Shown: in pieces, positions 1 to 13,100 of the stretch
Layout of the letters: each line of letters opens with the position of its first letter
Position numbering within the stretch: position 1 is the stretch's first letter
Source: Oculina patagonica
Lineage: Eukaryota
Reading direction: 5' to 3'
Assembly (NCBI RefSeq): GCF_052425735.1
Contig: NC_135761.1
Location: 11,470,001 to 11,534,000, forward strand
DNA length: 64,000 nt
Program-made: the position numbers and the translations under genes
The notes under the pieces: model-generated
The model's database searches: none
The model's input: only the letters and a program-made list of their open reading frames with translations
What the model was told of the DNA's origin: nothing

Positions 1-410
1 AGGCGAAAAAATAAACGCAACTATAATCATGACGCAAAACAAAGGCTTTGCACTAAAATCGCCTATGTCCGTTTCCTCGTCACGATTTTATCTCGGCTAC
101 ATTATCATGAGAATGGTTTTGGCCCATGAAATCGTAAGGAGGAACTCGGCTAAAGGAATTACGGAGAAAACGCAGATGATAATAATAGACTCAGCAATGA
201 ACACATGCAAGTACAACGAGAAAGCAATTACGACTCGAGCGACAACAAATGCGCTTCTAAAAGCTTCATTGTTATCTGCGATGATAAACGAATCTTGATA
301 ATGTTATCAGCCGTCCAGCAAACCAACCAAAACGTCTATAGTGTCAACAAACGCGCTCTTATGGACCTCAAATCAGCTACAAATCTAGTAACATAACACG
401 GGAAATATTA

Positions 411-880
411 CCTTTTCAATCGGGCGATAAATCTGATATCAAGTCACTCTCGCGCGCTCAATTCCGTGTCCAAAGGGTTTCAAAGAAAGACCACGAGATT
501 TCACCAGCCGCTAGCCGCAGACGTGTTTTTCAAGAGTCGAATCTTTGCTCTGCTGTGTATAATGTCGCCAGATCGAACGGGTTTCTCTAGTCAAACCAGA
601 GGTCACTGCCACTACAGAGAGAATCACTTGAAGAATGCAAACTCGAGATTTCTTTAGGTATCTTGTTGCTTGAAGCCTGCAGTTTGTAAATAGAAGCCCG
701 TCGACTCCGAGACAGAATCTGCTTTTTGTTTCACAGAGAGCAAATAAAAACTCGCCTTCTTTGAATCCGTTCACCAAAGCAAAACTCGCGAATCACTGCA
801 CACAGTTAAAGACTACGAACCGACACGAAATTCAAATGAGAATTCATACTGACTCCGGCACAGGCGCGCAGTGGGTATTT
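411..880 (-). other. Possible non-coding 5' exon of a minus-strand gene running off the left edge
   Basis: Minus-strand donor-like AAAG|GTAATA at 410/411 follows a CpG-rich stretch with no convincing ORF. Inference only. Confidence 0.25.
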
Positions 881-3108
881 TATTGTCAATAGGAAATCTT
901 GTGTCGGAAACCCTAACCACTGAGTCGAAAGCCACTAATTCCTGTCAAAACAGCGGCGAATGTTGGGAGATATAAAACTGACATCTTAATTCAACTCGTC
1001 GTTGCCAAAGTTTTCCTAATGTTCCATTATTATATAATAGCTGACTGGAAGAACCACAACAACAAATAAACTCAGTCACTTGACCTAAATGTTTCAATAA
1101 AGATTTACGTGACATAGACTATTGGCGATATGATGAAGTATTTTAGCCGAGTGCGCCGTCAAGAAATTCAAATGCTGACACGAAGTTTACCCACAAAAAC
1201 AAAAGACGGGATGTACGTAACAAAAAAAAACAATTACTCTCTTCCGTTTTTCTGCGTATAACGCGACCGCCGAACGCATATTTGGGTGCTGTTAGTCATG
1301 CAGAGAGAAGCGCGTCACATCCCAGATCACTACATACCTTTCAATACGTGGTGTTTCCCTCGTAAAAACTGGCTCGTTTCCACATAACTCTACCATATTG
1401 TCACCACTATCTTCGCGTTGCGTCTCGCTTCATTTTCCGTGGATCTTTATGGATGATCTAAACACAACACAGCTAAATTATCATTATGAAAATGCCCCGT
1501 GCTTGTCAATATTCATTAGCACGGTCCACCGACTCCAGGCCCTAAAAGGGGGTAACGTGACATTTATTAATAGAGCCAAGACGTTTTAAATTGTTTATGT
1601 CTGTTTATGATTAGCCGTGTCAAAGTTGATCCTTTCAAAGGGAGGGCACCATACTAATTAGCTTTTATTATAAAATCTACGATTTCCAATCACGGATAGC
1701 AAACCACAGTGAAAATAAGTCCATACCGTTCAAATCTGCCGAAATCGCAACGTGGTGTACCACCGAAAGGGAGAGCTAAGTTCCAGACACTCAGAGCAAT
1801 TTTCATCGCCTTTTATCGACAGGAACCAGTCAAAACAATCGCCCACCTAATCACAAATCCATTGTCTGCTCCTTGGTTTCCCCAGTAAGACAGAAAAGTT
1901 TGCTTTTTTATTGCAAATCTTACAAATACAAGAAACATGTATTTTGCATTACAGAAAGCCAATAAAACGACCTTGATCAAGATATTGTGACCTTCGCTTG
2001 AAAACCCGGCCAAGCGATGAATATTCGTGGCAGTTGTGCAGCCGGGCTGTCTATCAAAGCTAGATAACGTTCTTGTTATGAAGAGAAAGTAAACAATTGG
2101 AGCTGAGAAGAGCGGAACTCACGCCCATTATAAGCAGCAATATCAAAGTGTTTTTCAATGCCACCCAACAGACTACCAACGCCTAACTCTTTCAGTGAAA
2201 TACCTATTCGTAAAGTCCTATAATCACCTCGGATTTTCAGACTAGAGTGTGTGTGACTTTTCGTTTGTAAAATGTCATTTTGAACTTTCGTGATGGGAGA
2301 AATGTCCTCCTATTGTTTTCGGAGTGCTAAAAATCGACAAAAGGACACACTTTGTTTTTTTAGTGTCCTTTGTCCAATACATTGAACCGCAAACAAGACG
2401 AGTTTAGAAATTTAGAAGTTCAGTATCTATTCAATAAAATGAAACGCAAAGCAATCGAGGAAAAAATCAGGAAGGGCCAGTCACGGCCCGTCTTTAACTT
2501 CTTCAGCCCGGAGAGGATACAGTTTCGGAACAGACTTTTTTCACGGTTTTTCGACGCCATCTTGGATGGAATGAGAACACGTTAAAATTACACGGCATTT
2601 TGACGATCCCCCCAAACGATCAGTTCGTCCGATTTCCAATATATTCCCGCTGGAGTTTGCCATATTTAAAAAAGAGCAATTTGAAATTTGAAATTTCATT
2701 TATAGCAAATAAACTAGTGATAAGTATTGTGACGAGAGAAGGAATGGCCAGACGTGTGTAAGCGTTTATCTATTAGACGTTTCTGAATGTAATCTGAATA
2801 CCGTTACAGCTCTACTACTAAGCCTCCTTCATCTCTTTTAAGTCCCCCGCTCTCAGCTCTAATAACAGAAATGGCCCCCCTCTCCCTCTGGAAGATTTTT
2901 ATAAGCCCCCTCCCCATATGGTAAATCACAACAATATTACATGGAAACAAACCACTATTGTTAATATTTTGTGAAATATTTTACCAAACAGCACTAAAAC
3001 ATTAAAAAAAAAAAAACACTACATTTCTTTTTAAGGTAGCCTAACTGATATATGATTTGAAATACGTCCACCGTCTTTAATAAGTCCCCCTCTCTATTAA
3101 GTCTATTT

Positions 3109-3226
3109 AGGGGAGCAGGGAGGCGCAGGGGGAGCCCGCCTCCCACCAATGTGTCCGGGTTCGATTCCGGCCAGGTACCATATGTGGGTTGCGTTTGTTG
3201 TTGGTTCTCGTCCTTGCTCCCAGGGT
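3109..3226 (+). mobile_element. 5' fragment of tRNA-derived SINE (same family as 13396-13703)
   Basis: gggagcagggaggcgcag...gcctcccaccaatgtgtccgggttcgattcc...atatgtgggttgcgtttgttgttggttctcgtccttgctcc matches the 13.4 kb copy. It ends just before a small TAGCCTG..CAGGCTA element (3238-3323). Confidence 0.8.
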
Positions 3227-5294
3227 CTTATTAGAGTTAGCCTGCGTTGCAGCCGGACGTGTCACTACTGAAAACCTCGGTAAAGACTATACCAGGGTTT
3301 TTAGTTCGTCTGCGACGCAGGCTAATCTAAATCGGCGTTGTCAAAATCCAATGAATGTTGATGGAAGTTACATACTGAAATTAAAAGATCCGTATCATTC
3401 GTATGCATTGGCCACAAAAAAATGGTAAAATATTCAGTCTGAACTCTCTTAGTTGAAGATTTCACTTCACATTCTCAGAGTTTTCAACAACGCTCCAGAG
3501 AAAAAAAGTGCCACGCGACCATCTCACGTTTTATCAAGTTTTTTTAAGTTTTTGTTTTTCTTCTTGCTCAGCTCGTCCATGGAGCACTCGTAAAAAAGTT
3601 GAACTGGAAAACGACCGCAGCTGTTTTTGTGTTACAAACGAAAACGGGTGGAAGTTGGAGAGCAAATTGTCACGGGGGGCTGGGTCAAGCTTGCTTCGCG
3701 CCTTGCGCCACGTGCGTTCGAGGCTCCCAGAACAAAGCGAAAGCGCGGCAGACGAAAAGGGAAAGAAAGACTGAGCGGCTCTCATTTTTCTCGCTCTCGT
3801 TCGCCCTTTCACCCGTTTTCCCCACAATACCTGAACCTGGAACAGGTTAAATTTATTAAAGAGGAACTGATGGGAGTTAAGTCGACGTTTAAGGCTCCAA
3901 CAGATGTAGCAAACCACAAGTTTCTTTAGAACTGTGGAACTGACTTCAGGTCAACCGATCAAAATTTCCATAGATTTACCAACCTCGTTCTAGATTTACC
4001 CGATAAACTAATCCTTCTTAATTAATGCTGCTTTTATCTCTATTAACCAACCCATGACAACAATATTCGCATTAATTGGACGGAAATTGGTTATGTTGCC
4101 AGTAATTTCTTTTTCTTATGATCTGTATATATGGTCAAATATGTTACGCCAAAATATTTATAGATTCTTGCTATATTCTACCGAAATATTTGACCTTTAG
4201 CGATTATACACACTTATCTATAACGCTCAGTGCGCAAGGAACATGCCGAAGACTAAGAGTAGGCTATTAAATGGAAATTTAGCCAGTAATGTGAAGGATA
4301 GGAAGCGAACAATAAACAGACAAAAATTCGAAAAAAATCCTCGCAATGTTTAAAAGTCAGCCATATTCTGGTTTCACGTGGAAACATGCCGACCAAAAGA
4401 CTGCAACGGAAGCTATCATATATACTAAAATCGTAAGCGGCGCAAACTATATCAAAGAGCTAAGAACTATAAAAAAGTCACGGGGATTTCGCAGATTTTT
4501 TATTTTAACTGTTCTGAAATATGTGGTAGGCAACTTTACCCATGCATGAGAAACATTTATCTTTGAACATTTGACTGAAGGTATAAAGTAACCTTTATTT
4601 GGGGATAGAAATCAAACTTCGAGATCAGCTATAGTATATATATAGTATCGATTTTTTTGAAGGCACGTGGAACTTGACAACTTAAAAACGTTGGCTAACG
4701 TTTTCAAATTGCAATCCATTCAATCCAAGCCATCCGTAGCCAAACGCACTTTTAAACAGTTTTAGTACTCTAAAATAGCAAATTATGTATGTAAGTTTAA
4801 TTTTCGTACTTCTTTTTGAACTCACGGAATTTGTAAACTTTATTCACTTACATTGACAATGGCGTCATGAAGACACCGAACGGTCGGATTATATCGCTTA
4901 TTTTTACATATTTATGTATAACAAAATCATTATTGATAAAAATAGCAATTGTTAATAAAAATGGACCATTATTTTTAAGTTCCTACGACACAAACATAAA
5001 TTTTGGCTTTTCAAAAATCTGTTGAAATCCTTGACACAGTCAGAAGTTTCTAGTCCAAGACAGCCAAGCCGCAGTGACTCTAGTTCTGAGCTTATCGGCA
5101 AGCACCGGTACATGTCTGTGCCTTCTGTATGTGCAATTTAAAAAGTTGTTAGCAAGAAGGCCTGTGACCATGACAACATAAAACTTGGCACTTGAAACAG
5201 TTTATGCTGATGAGCCGTATATCTCTGAGGGATCAGATGTGGCCATTTCCTGATGTGCAAATATTTATGTCGTGTTTCTACTGGTCGGTGATTA

Positions 5295-5470
5295 CAGTGG
5301 AACCTCGATTTAACGAACCTCTATATAACGAAGTCCTCGATATAACGAACGATATTTTTCGTCCCAGTAATAGCAAATTATATGGAAAAGAACCTCGATA
5401 TAACGAAACCTCGATATAGCGAACACATTTTGCCAGTCCCTTGGCCCTTCGTTATATCGAGGTTCCACTG
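5295..5470. mobile_element. Tc1/mariner(pogo)-type MITE
   Basis: TIR CAGTGGAACCTCGAT / ATCGAGGTTCCACTG, TA on both sides, internal ACCTCGATATAACGAA repeats. Confidence 0.85.
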
Positions 5471-5571
5471 TACCCAGAGAGCCAGGGTATTAAGTGAGCT
5501 CCTGGCGAGCATGCACAATTGGTTTTTCTAGGGAGGTCGATGGGAATTCTCTCACAGGGCCGAGTCAGTGG

Positions 5572-6310
5572 CATAGGCGTACGAGGCGGGGGGGCGAGGG
5601 GGGCTGCAGCCCCCCCAGTGCCGAAATTTTTCGGGCAAAATGCTTAGAATTCGGGCAACAAGCCTGGAGAAAAAATAGAAAATAAGCCGACAATTCTCAA
5701 CATTACGTTCAAAATGAATTACATCGACAGAAAAAGTATTGAAAATAAAGCAAACTTTGTGGTTCAAAAGTCCAAATTTCTCTTTCATTTGCTTTCGTTT
5801 CCTCTCGCAATTTGCTACAATCATGTTCGAGATTTCTAGCAAATTCAGCGTGGCCCCTCAGTTTGATTCAGTCGCTATCAGCTATTCCATAGCTTAAGCG
5901 TTTGCTCGCGGTGGGTCCAGCTTTGCTCTTTTTGACTCAAATATTTAGTTCTCAGGGCTAACTCAAAACTTTCAACGAAAGGTTTCAACCTATTCATCCT
6001 TGAATTTTTCACACGCTTTTGTGTAACTTTCAAGTGGGGGAAAAACAATACAAATTGGCTCCCCAAAAAAACTTTAAGTTTAGTTGAACAAGAGCGGATG
6101 AATAAAATATTTCCAAACTAAAGGGTTTCAGTGCATTGACACCTTCGGGCAACGCCACGAAACTAATTTAAGAACTAAGCAAGAAGGCAAGGTTTACACG
6201 ACTTTGTTGTTCATTTTATATTCCTCTTTATTCAGCTTTCAATGCATGTTTTTTTTTTCGGGCAATAAGGTCTCCGCCCTCCCAGGTCCGAAGGTGCCCG
6301 TACGCCTATG
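5572..6310. mobile_element. Non-autonomous hAT/P-like DNA transposon
   Basis: TIR CATAGGCGTACG / CGTACGCCTATG; perfect 8-bp TSD GTCAGTGG (5564-5571, 6311-6318). Confidence 0.9.
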
Positions 6311-7156
6311 GTCAGTGGTATGCCCTCCAGTCAATTTTGCCGATTTGACTTTGTAAAAAGTTATTCCCTGCATGCTCGAGATCAAGAACTTTACCTCCAT
6401 ACGCGCTTTTTGTCAACCACGCGGTCACGCAGGCGGCGGATCACGAATCACTCTTCACGCGATGCAAGCCACTACAAATGCCTCTGCACGCGCGAGATCT
6501 CGAAACGTTCATAGAACCCGCAAAAAAACATATTCTAATTTGTTTTAAACCTCCAATAATGGCCGCCGTGACGTGAAAACGTGTTCATCAGTCGCAAACT
6601 CTCACACGCAGTAATTTCAAGTAATTTCTCAGTGAAGATGAAAAATGCACGAGTTTTCTTTGATATCAAATACTCACTGTTCCCATGAAATGACAGGACT
6701 AGCTTCGCCTTTTTTCTGACGCTGTGAAAACTTTCGCAAGATTGGAAGATTTCCGCTGAATCCAAGAAATTAAATTTATGCATCCAATATTTTAAGTCTC
6801 ATATGAAACCATCATGCATAATTAACTACGGCCAATACCGAAATCTTTATCGTATTTGCCGGAAGTCTTAAGATATACAATTAATAAGAAGGAAGTTGGT
6901 AAAGTCTTACCTCTCGTGGTGCCATCCAAATATTGTTTTGGAAGAGAAAAGTACGGCGCAACATCGGCTATACGCATCGAGTGAAAATATCAAAAGCTTT
7001 TCAAAAGGGAACAAAATATCGTTTTACATGCAGGTGTCTTTATGACCGAGAGGGGCTGGATCGAGTTTGTGTCAGCGGGAATAGAGAGGAACGCCTGGCA
7101 GAAAACAGCACACTTGGCCATTTCGCTGAATCAGCTATGTATTTTGTGCTTCTAAT

Positions 7157-10100
7157 ATGACTTCTGCGTCCTTTTTAAAGAGCAAAGCTTTTAAAGAAAG
7201 AGAAGAAAATGCAAGGGAAAAGGTGCGGCAAGCGGCCAAACAAGATCTGGTAGCGGATTTATCCAGGTACTGTACTTATCCCAATGAATAAAAATTAATG
7301 TTCAATATCGAGTTGTGAGCTGAGATTTTGAGGCGAAAATAGTTAGGTAGGTTAAAATGATTAAAGGCCTGATCGACACAGTTTGAGATAGCTTTTCTGC
7401 TAAGAAACAACTTCCCAAAAGACTTACAGTGTATCTACTATTGAATCTCACTGATTATTAAATGATTCATGAATCTATAAAATAAAGGAAGCATGTCAAC
7501 CGAAGCATAATACAAACATTATGTAGAACTGGTGAATTGGATCGTGGAGATGAAAATGTGATAGACGTAAATCAATAAACAACACAGAGAGGAGAACTAC
7601 TTCCATAATTTTGATCAACATTACCTTTTAGTTCAGCAGTGGTGGACAAATTCATCCTTTCAAACAAATTCTGTTGGCTGATTAATAATTCAGTCAGCCA
7701 AGTGTTTTCTTGAATTTGAATGAGAAAATGTGACCTTATATTAATATTTATGTAGTAACTTGTCTTGCTTTGACTTGTAGGCTTTATGGAGATACAACCT
7801 TCAGTGATGTGTCATTTATAGTGAGCAAGTCAGAGTTTCAAGCTCATACAGTTGTCCTTAGAGCCAGAGCCCCAAATTTCTGTCGACAATTTCTTCCAAG
7901 GCATGCTTCACCCGTTGCTGTCCAAACATGCATCCAGATAAATGGATTAGAAGCCGCTGAGTTTGAGGCATTTCTGAGGTAAAGAAGATGTTTAGTTACA
8001 GTATAAAACCTTGAGTATTTTACCAGTTTATAGGAATGATATTGTTATCTAATGATCATGCTGTATGGTAAGTCCGCAAATTTATGTGTTATTTCCACAA
8101 ATGCTAAATACCTTGCAAATAAGCAGGGCTGTCATAAAGGGCCCTGACCCGTAATACCTGTTATGGCTGAGTCCACTCAATGTTAAGGGTGAAGATGTAG
8201 ATTGGTGTTATGTTACACTTGCATACAGAGCGAAATGCTATGGGTGATAATTTCAATGTAACAGCTGCTTGAAAACTTAATAACAGCCCTGATATGCAGT
8301 GCTCGACACTACGCAGACACAGCCCAGGACAGAATTCAGTGCGGACTCCACGCCAGACAGAGACAATCACACACTCAAACTGGGAGCCCGCCCATAGGAC
8401 GCCAGCTGAGAGAGCGCGGACCACTCGAACGGAGACGACCCGCCTGACGACGGAGACCCGCCGCCCGACACCAAAGGGACTGGGAGAGAGAAGTGGAACC
8501 GCCAGGGCGAGGGATGAGAGGACAACACAGAGAGAGAAGAAGGGATCACGGGACGAGGGATGAAGTCGGTGCGAGGGAAGAGAGGTGGACCAACAAAAGC
8601 GAGAAGGACACTTGGCTATAGGGGGGGGGGTGGGGCAGTGATTGTCCTTGTGGGCAGTGATTATTTGTACCTCGCCATGCCAGATCCAAAAGTTAGTGTC
8701 GAGCACTGATATGGATGGTTCTTGTCAAGGGGTGTTTGAGTTTTTTTTTTTTTTTTCCTTTGTGGCCCAGGGGGGGTACTTGCAGTATACATGACGGGGG
8801 GGGGTCCGACGGAGCTTCATATTGCGAACCCAAAAAAATACATGAGCCTGAAATTTTACACCCAAAATAATACCTGACATCAAAATTTTCTACCCCAAAA
8901 AGTACAAGACCTAGCACCTCTATACTGATTTATTCAACAAAACAGACTTTCAGACCTAAAAAAATATATGACAGATCTCGTTACCCAAAAAAATACCGAG
9001 GGTGTAAATTTTCAACCGAAAAAAATACGTCGGACCTCCCCGTCATGTATACTACAAGTACCCCCCCCCCCCTGGGCTTTGTGGAAATCTGGCTTTCTCA
9101 AAACTAACTAGTTTTATTATATTAAAACTACCATGTTTCAGACAGCAGTCTATTCTTAATTATCATTCTATTCAGATATTTATTACCAAAAATGATGAAT
9201 TTTATTCTGTTGTTTCTGAAAAGGTCTGCTTATACTGAAGATGACTTTAAGGACTATAATGAATCAAGATATCCGTGGACAAAGCAGAAAAATTTGTCAT
9301 GCTCAGTGGATAAAATCAATCATGTTATTTGTGGAAGTGAATTCAAAGGAGACAGTACAAGTTTTCAGAATGATGTAGATGGAATTTGCAAGTCTTGCTT
9401 TACCACCCAGTCTGGTTCTACTGTGCCAGATGATAGCGTTACATTAACTGGACCAATTGACCCCGTAGAAACTGGTCAAGATGACGTTATACATACTGGC
9501 ACTCATTCATGCTGTGACGTGGAAAGTAACAATTCAGAAATTGCCAGCAGTGATGCCGTTGGCTTGGAAAAGGAAGATAGGGCAGATCCTCGGCAAAATG
9601 ATAATAAAGAATTTGCAACTGATATTTCTGCTCATGTAGTTGACACATTTAATAATACAGAACTCATTGCCCAAGATTCAAGTCATCTTCGTGCTGATAG
9701 TCATAGTAACATGGTCCAACAGAATGATAATTCACTTGTAACCCATCAGTCCCAAGACCAAACAAATCAGAACAAAACCAATTCAGCCAATGGACTTGAT
9801 TCTATGGTTGTTCAAGAAACTAGAACTGTACTTGACTGTCCTCGAGGTGGTTGTGAATTTGAAACATGTAAACCACATTCAAGTTGTGGTTTTAATGGTC
9901 TGCCTGAAGGATTAGGAGCAGCAGATGCAACAACTTCTGAAATGACTACGACTGACGACAAAATTGTTCAAAATGGTTTCAAATCAAAGCAAGGTTATAA
10001 TTACTGCAATTACCTAAATGTTACTATTGTTAGCGGCTACTAATTTTAGCGAATTTAGCGAGTTGGGAAAAAATCGCTAAATTTAGTACTCACTAAAATC

Positions 10101-13100
10101 TGTATCGGTAAATTCAATACTTGTAAGTACGTACCTTATACTCCCTTTTTTTAATTGAGACGCCATTTTGTTTTTTTTTTTTTCCTTTTTTTTTTTAATT
10201 TTTTTTTTTTCTTTTTAAAATAAATTTTTTTTTTTTGCGGTTTTTTTTTATTTTTTATTTATTGTAGCGAAAAAAAAAAAATGCCCCTTTTAAAAAAGGG
10301 GAAAAAGCCCCTTTAAAGTTTCGGAAAATCACTTAATATTATAATAATAATTAAATAGTCGCTAAATCTTGCTCAAAAAAATTGCTAAAATTAATAGCCC
10401 CTAACAATAATAACCATAAGGTTTTGTGATATACAGTATGTGGAATTGGTAAATCAAAACCATATTTTGCCTGTTGATAATGGGATTTGAAAGTAGGGAT
10501 ACCAATATACTAGAATGAGATGAGCTCATCAGCATGTGTTGGATATGAGATGGTATCATAGCCAACGAGAAGGGTAGCGCGTATCTGTCTCATATCCATC
10601 AAGGGTGAGTGGAATAATATTATTGTTTTATTAAAAATACCCAAAGAATTGCATTATTTGAGCTCCTCGGCTGTTCTCGCTAAAGCATACTCCTTCCATA
10701 TTTGTGGTCCATGGTATGGCCTGTAAAAAAAATCAAAACTACCTAGTTATTGTTACTTAATAAATTTTTCGCGGGCACTTAATTTTGCGAAAATGGAACG
10801 GCCATATTTCGCGGGACTTAAATTTCGCGATGTGGCCAAAAAAATACGATTACAGGAACTAAATTTCGCGAAAATTGTCAAAATACTGGTCTACATTAAC
10901 AAACAGTAAGTCTCAAAATTGGTACAACTGATTTTAATTTTCTACTGCAACAGTTTCCAATGACACTGAACAAAACCATATAACAAAACAAAACTTTAAA
11001 AACAGTTTAACATGTTCCTTTGCAAGGAGGTAGAGCTAGTTTGATGACTGTACCAAGGTAATATAAGTAGTTAACTGACGGCAACGTTGAATATTCATAA
11101 CGAATTATATAGAAGGGTATTAAATTTCGCATCGTTATTTTTCGCGAGAACCTTTTTTCGCGGGTCTTAAATTTCGCGATTTTTTGAAAATCAAAATGCG
11201 AAAAGTTAAGTCCCGCGAAAATAAGTAACAATAAGGTACCAATTATATACCATGGCTTATAGTTTTCAAGAATGTGGGATATTGTATCAGCTCACTGCCT
11301 TGGTGAAGATTTAGTGGAAAAGCATGACAGTACAATATTACCTGTATTCAAAATATTAGGGATGGGGCAGGGGGTGGGGAGGGTTGTGGGAAGACAATTC
11401 CAATCTACAGAACTTTGACAATGATCTGCTGGTTGAGAGAAAGTGTTAAGAACTCCTGACACTGGATTTCTAAAAGTATAAATTTTAAAGCATTTGTGGA
11501 GAACTGTAAAATTTGTGGTTAATTATAAACTTTTTTTCTTCAGATCTTGACCTTTCATTGGATCAAATGGTACAAAATAAGAATAATAAACCATCAGAGA
11601 ATGAATTAGATGTACCCCGGGGGGGGGGGGGGGGGTGAGTTACATGTATGACATTACACATAATGAATTTATTTATGGGTTGAATTATGTTCAATAGTCA
11701 ATTTTTCTCATGTTGATGTAGCCAATGTGTTTCTAAACTAATATAATTAATATGTAAATCATGGAGTTTCCTTCTTTCAGACAAAACAGTAATTACTGGT
11801 ACAACATAATTATAATATTTAGTTTTTCTTTTTTTTAATTCTCAGAGCTGCTGCTGCAGTCTTGGCCAAGATTTAATGCAGTTGTTTATTAGTGAGGTTG
11901 GAACTGATGTTGTATTTCGAGTCAGTGGGGACAAAGTTAAAGCACATAAGTAAGTGCTGTCAGATACAAAACTGATTATGCCCCTGCAGGGCTGTCATTA
12001 CGTTTTTTAAGCAGCCGTTACATTGTGGTTATCACCCGTAGCATTTTGCTCTGTACAGTATAACATAATTTCATATAACACCAAATGAATCAACCTCTTC
12101 ACCCATAACATTGAGTGAACTCAGCTGTGAAAGATGTTACGGGTTATGGCCTTTAATGACATCCCTACCCCCTCTGCTATTGAAATATGCAGAAAGTTGG
12201 TTTATTTTATGATTGATTTTGTGTATTAACTTCCAGAGCCATTCTGTGCGCCCGTTCCAATTACTTCTCCGCTATGCTGTATGGTGACTGGATTGAAGGG
12301 AAAACTAATGAGATTCCTCTTATTGGGTGCGTCAGTTATTACCAATCAGTAATGATTTGATTAATGGATACAACAGATTAGTCCAATGGTGGGGTCTAAG
12401 CATAATGTGCTAAGAATCTCAACTCTCACTGTACAGTTATTATAGATTGAAGTATAGCAGGATTTGGTGTACCCCCCCCCTCCCCCGTACTCCACCCCAA
12501 ACATCACAAACCTCTACAAATTGTATAAACCAGGGCATATAAGAAGAATAATGCCAGATGCGTGGTGGCCTAATGGAATAGCATGCTGGACTCCAAAATG
12601 TGTGATCAGGACTCAAGCTCTGATTGGGGTCATTGTTCTTGCACAAGACACTCTACCCTTGCTTTGCCCCTCTTCACCCAGGTGTATATGGGTACCGGCA
12701 AATTAAATACTGGAAGAGGGGGGGGGGGGGTTGCCCTGTGATGGACTATCATTCCATCCAGAGCGGAGTAGAAAAATTTCAGTCAACAAAAAACAGAATG
12801 TTGTGCACAGAAACCCTGCTACACCCATGCTAACTACTTCAATCATCTTTTTGTTATTTAGTGTGGATTATAATGGTTTCATGACCATCCTGAAGTATAT
12901 CTATGGAGGAACAGCTCAAGTGAAGAGTGATTCAGCACTAATCTGGTAATTATAAGAAAAAACTGTTTTTCTTTAATTTGTTTTATTTCTTTTTTTTTTT
13001 AGTTTTTGCACCTTTCAATAACATATGACTGAACTCTGAAGTCAAACCTGACTAATGATTATGCTTTTTGCTGCTATCAATCATAATTATGGCAACAGTT

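Noticed and set aside
2420-2560. Minus-strand AAGATGGCG-initiated short ORF
   Set aside because: Stops after ~46 codons with no donor or homology evidence.
5190-5220. GAAAC...CTGATGAG hammerhead-like words
   Set aside because: No stems I and III can be formed.
8161-8706. 181-aa and 89-aa ORFs
   Set aside because: Same cause; they span MITE boundaries within a BTBD8 intron.
10140-10345. Poly-T/poly-A mosaic (also 44650-44770)
   Set aside because: Looks like degraded homopolymer consensus sequence, not a structured feature.
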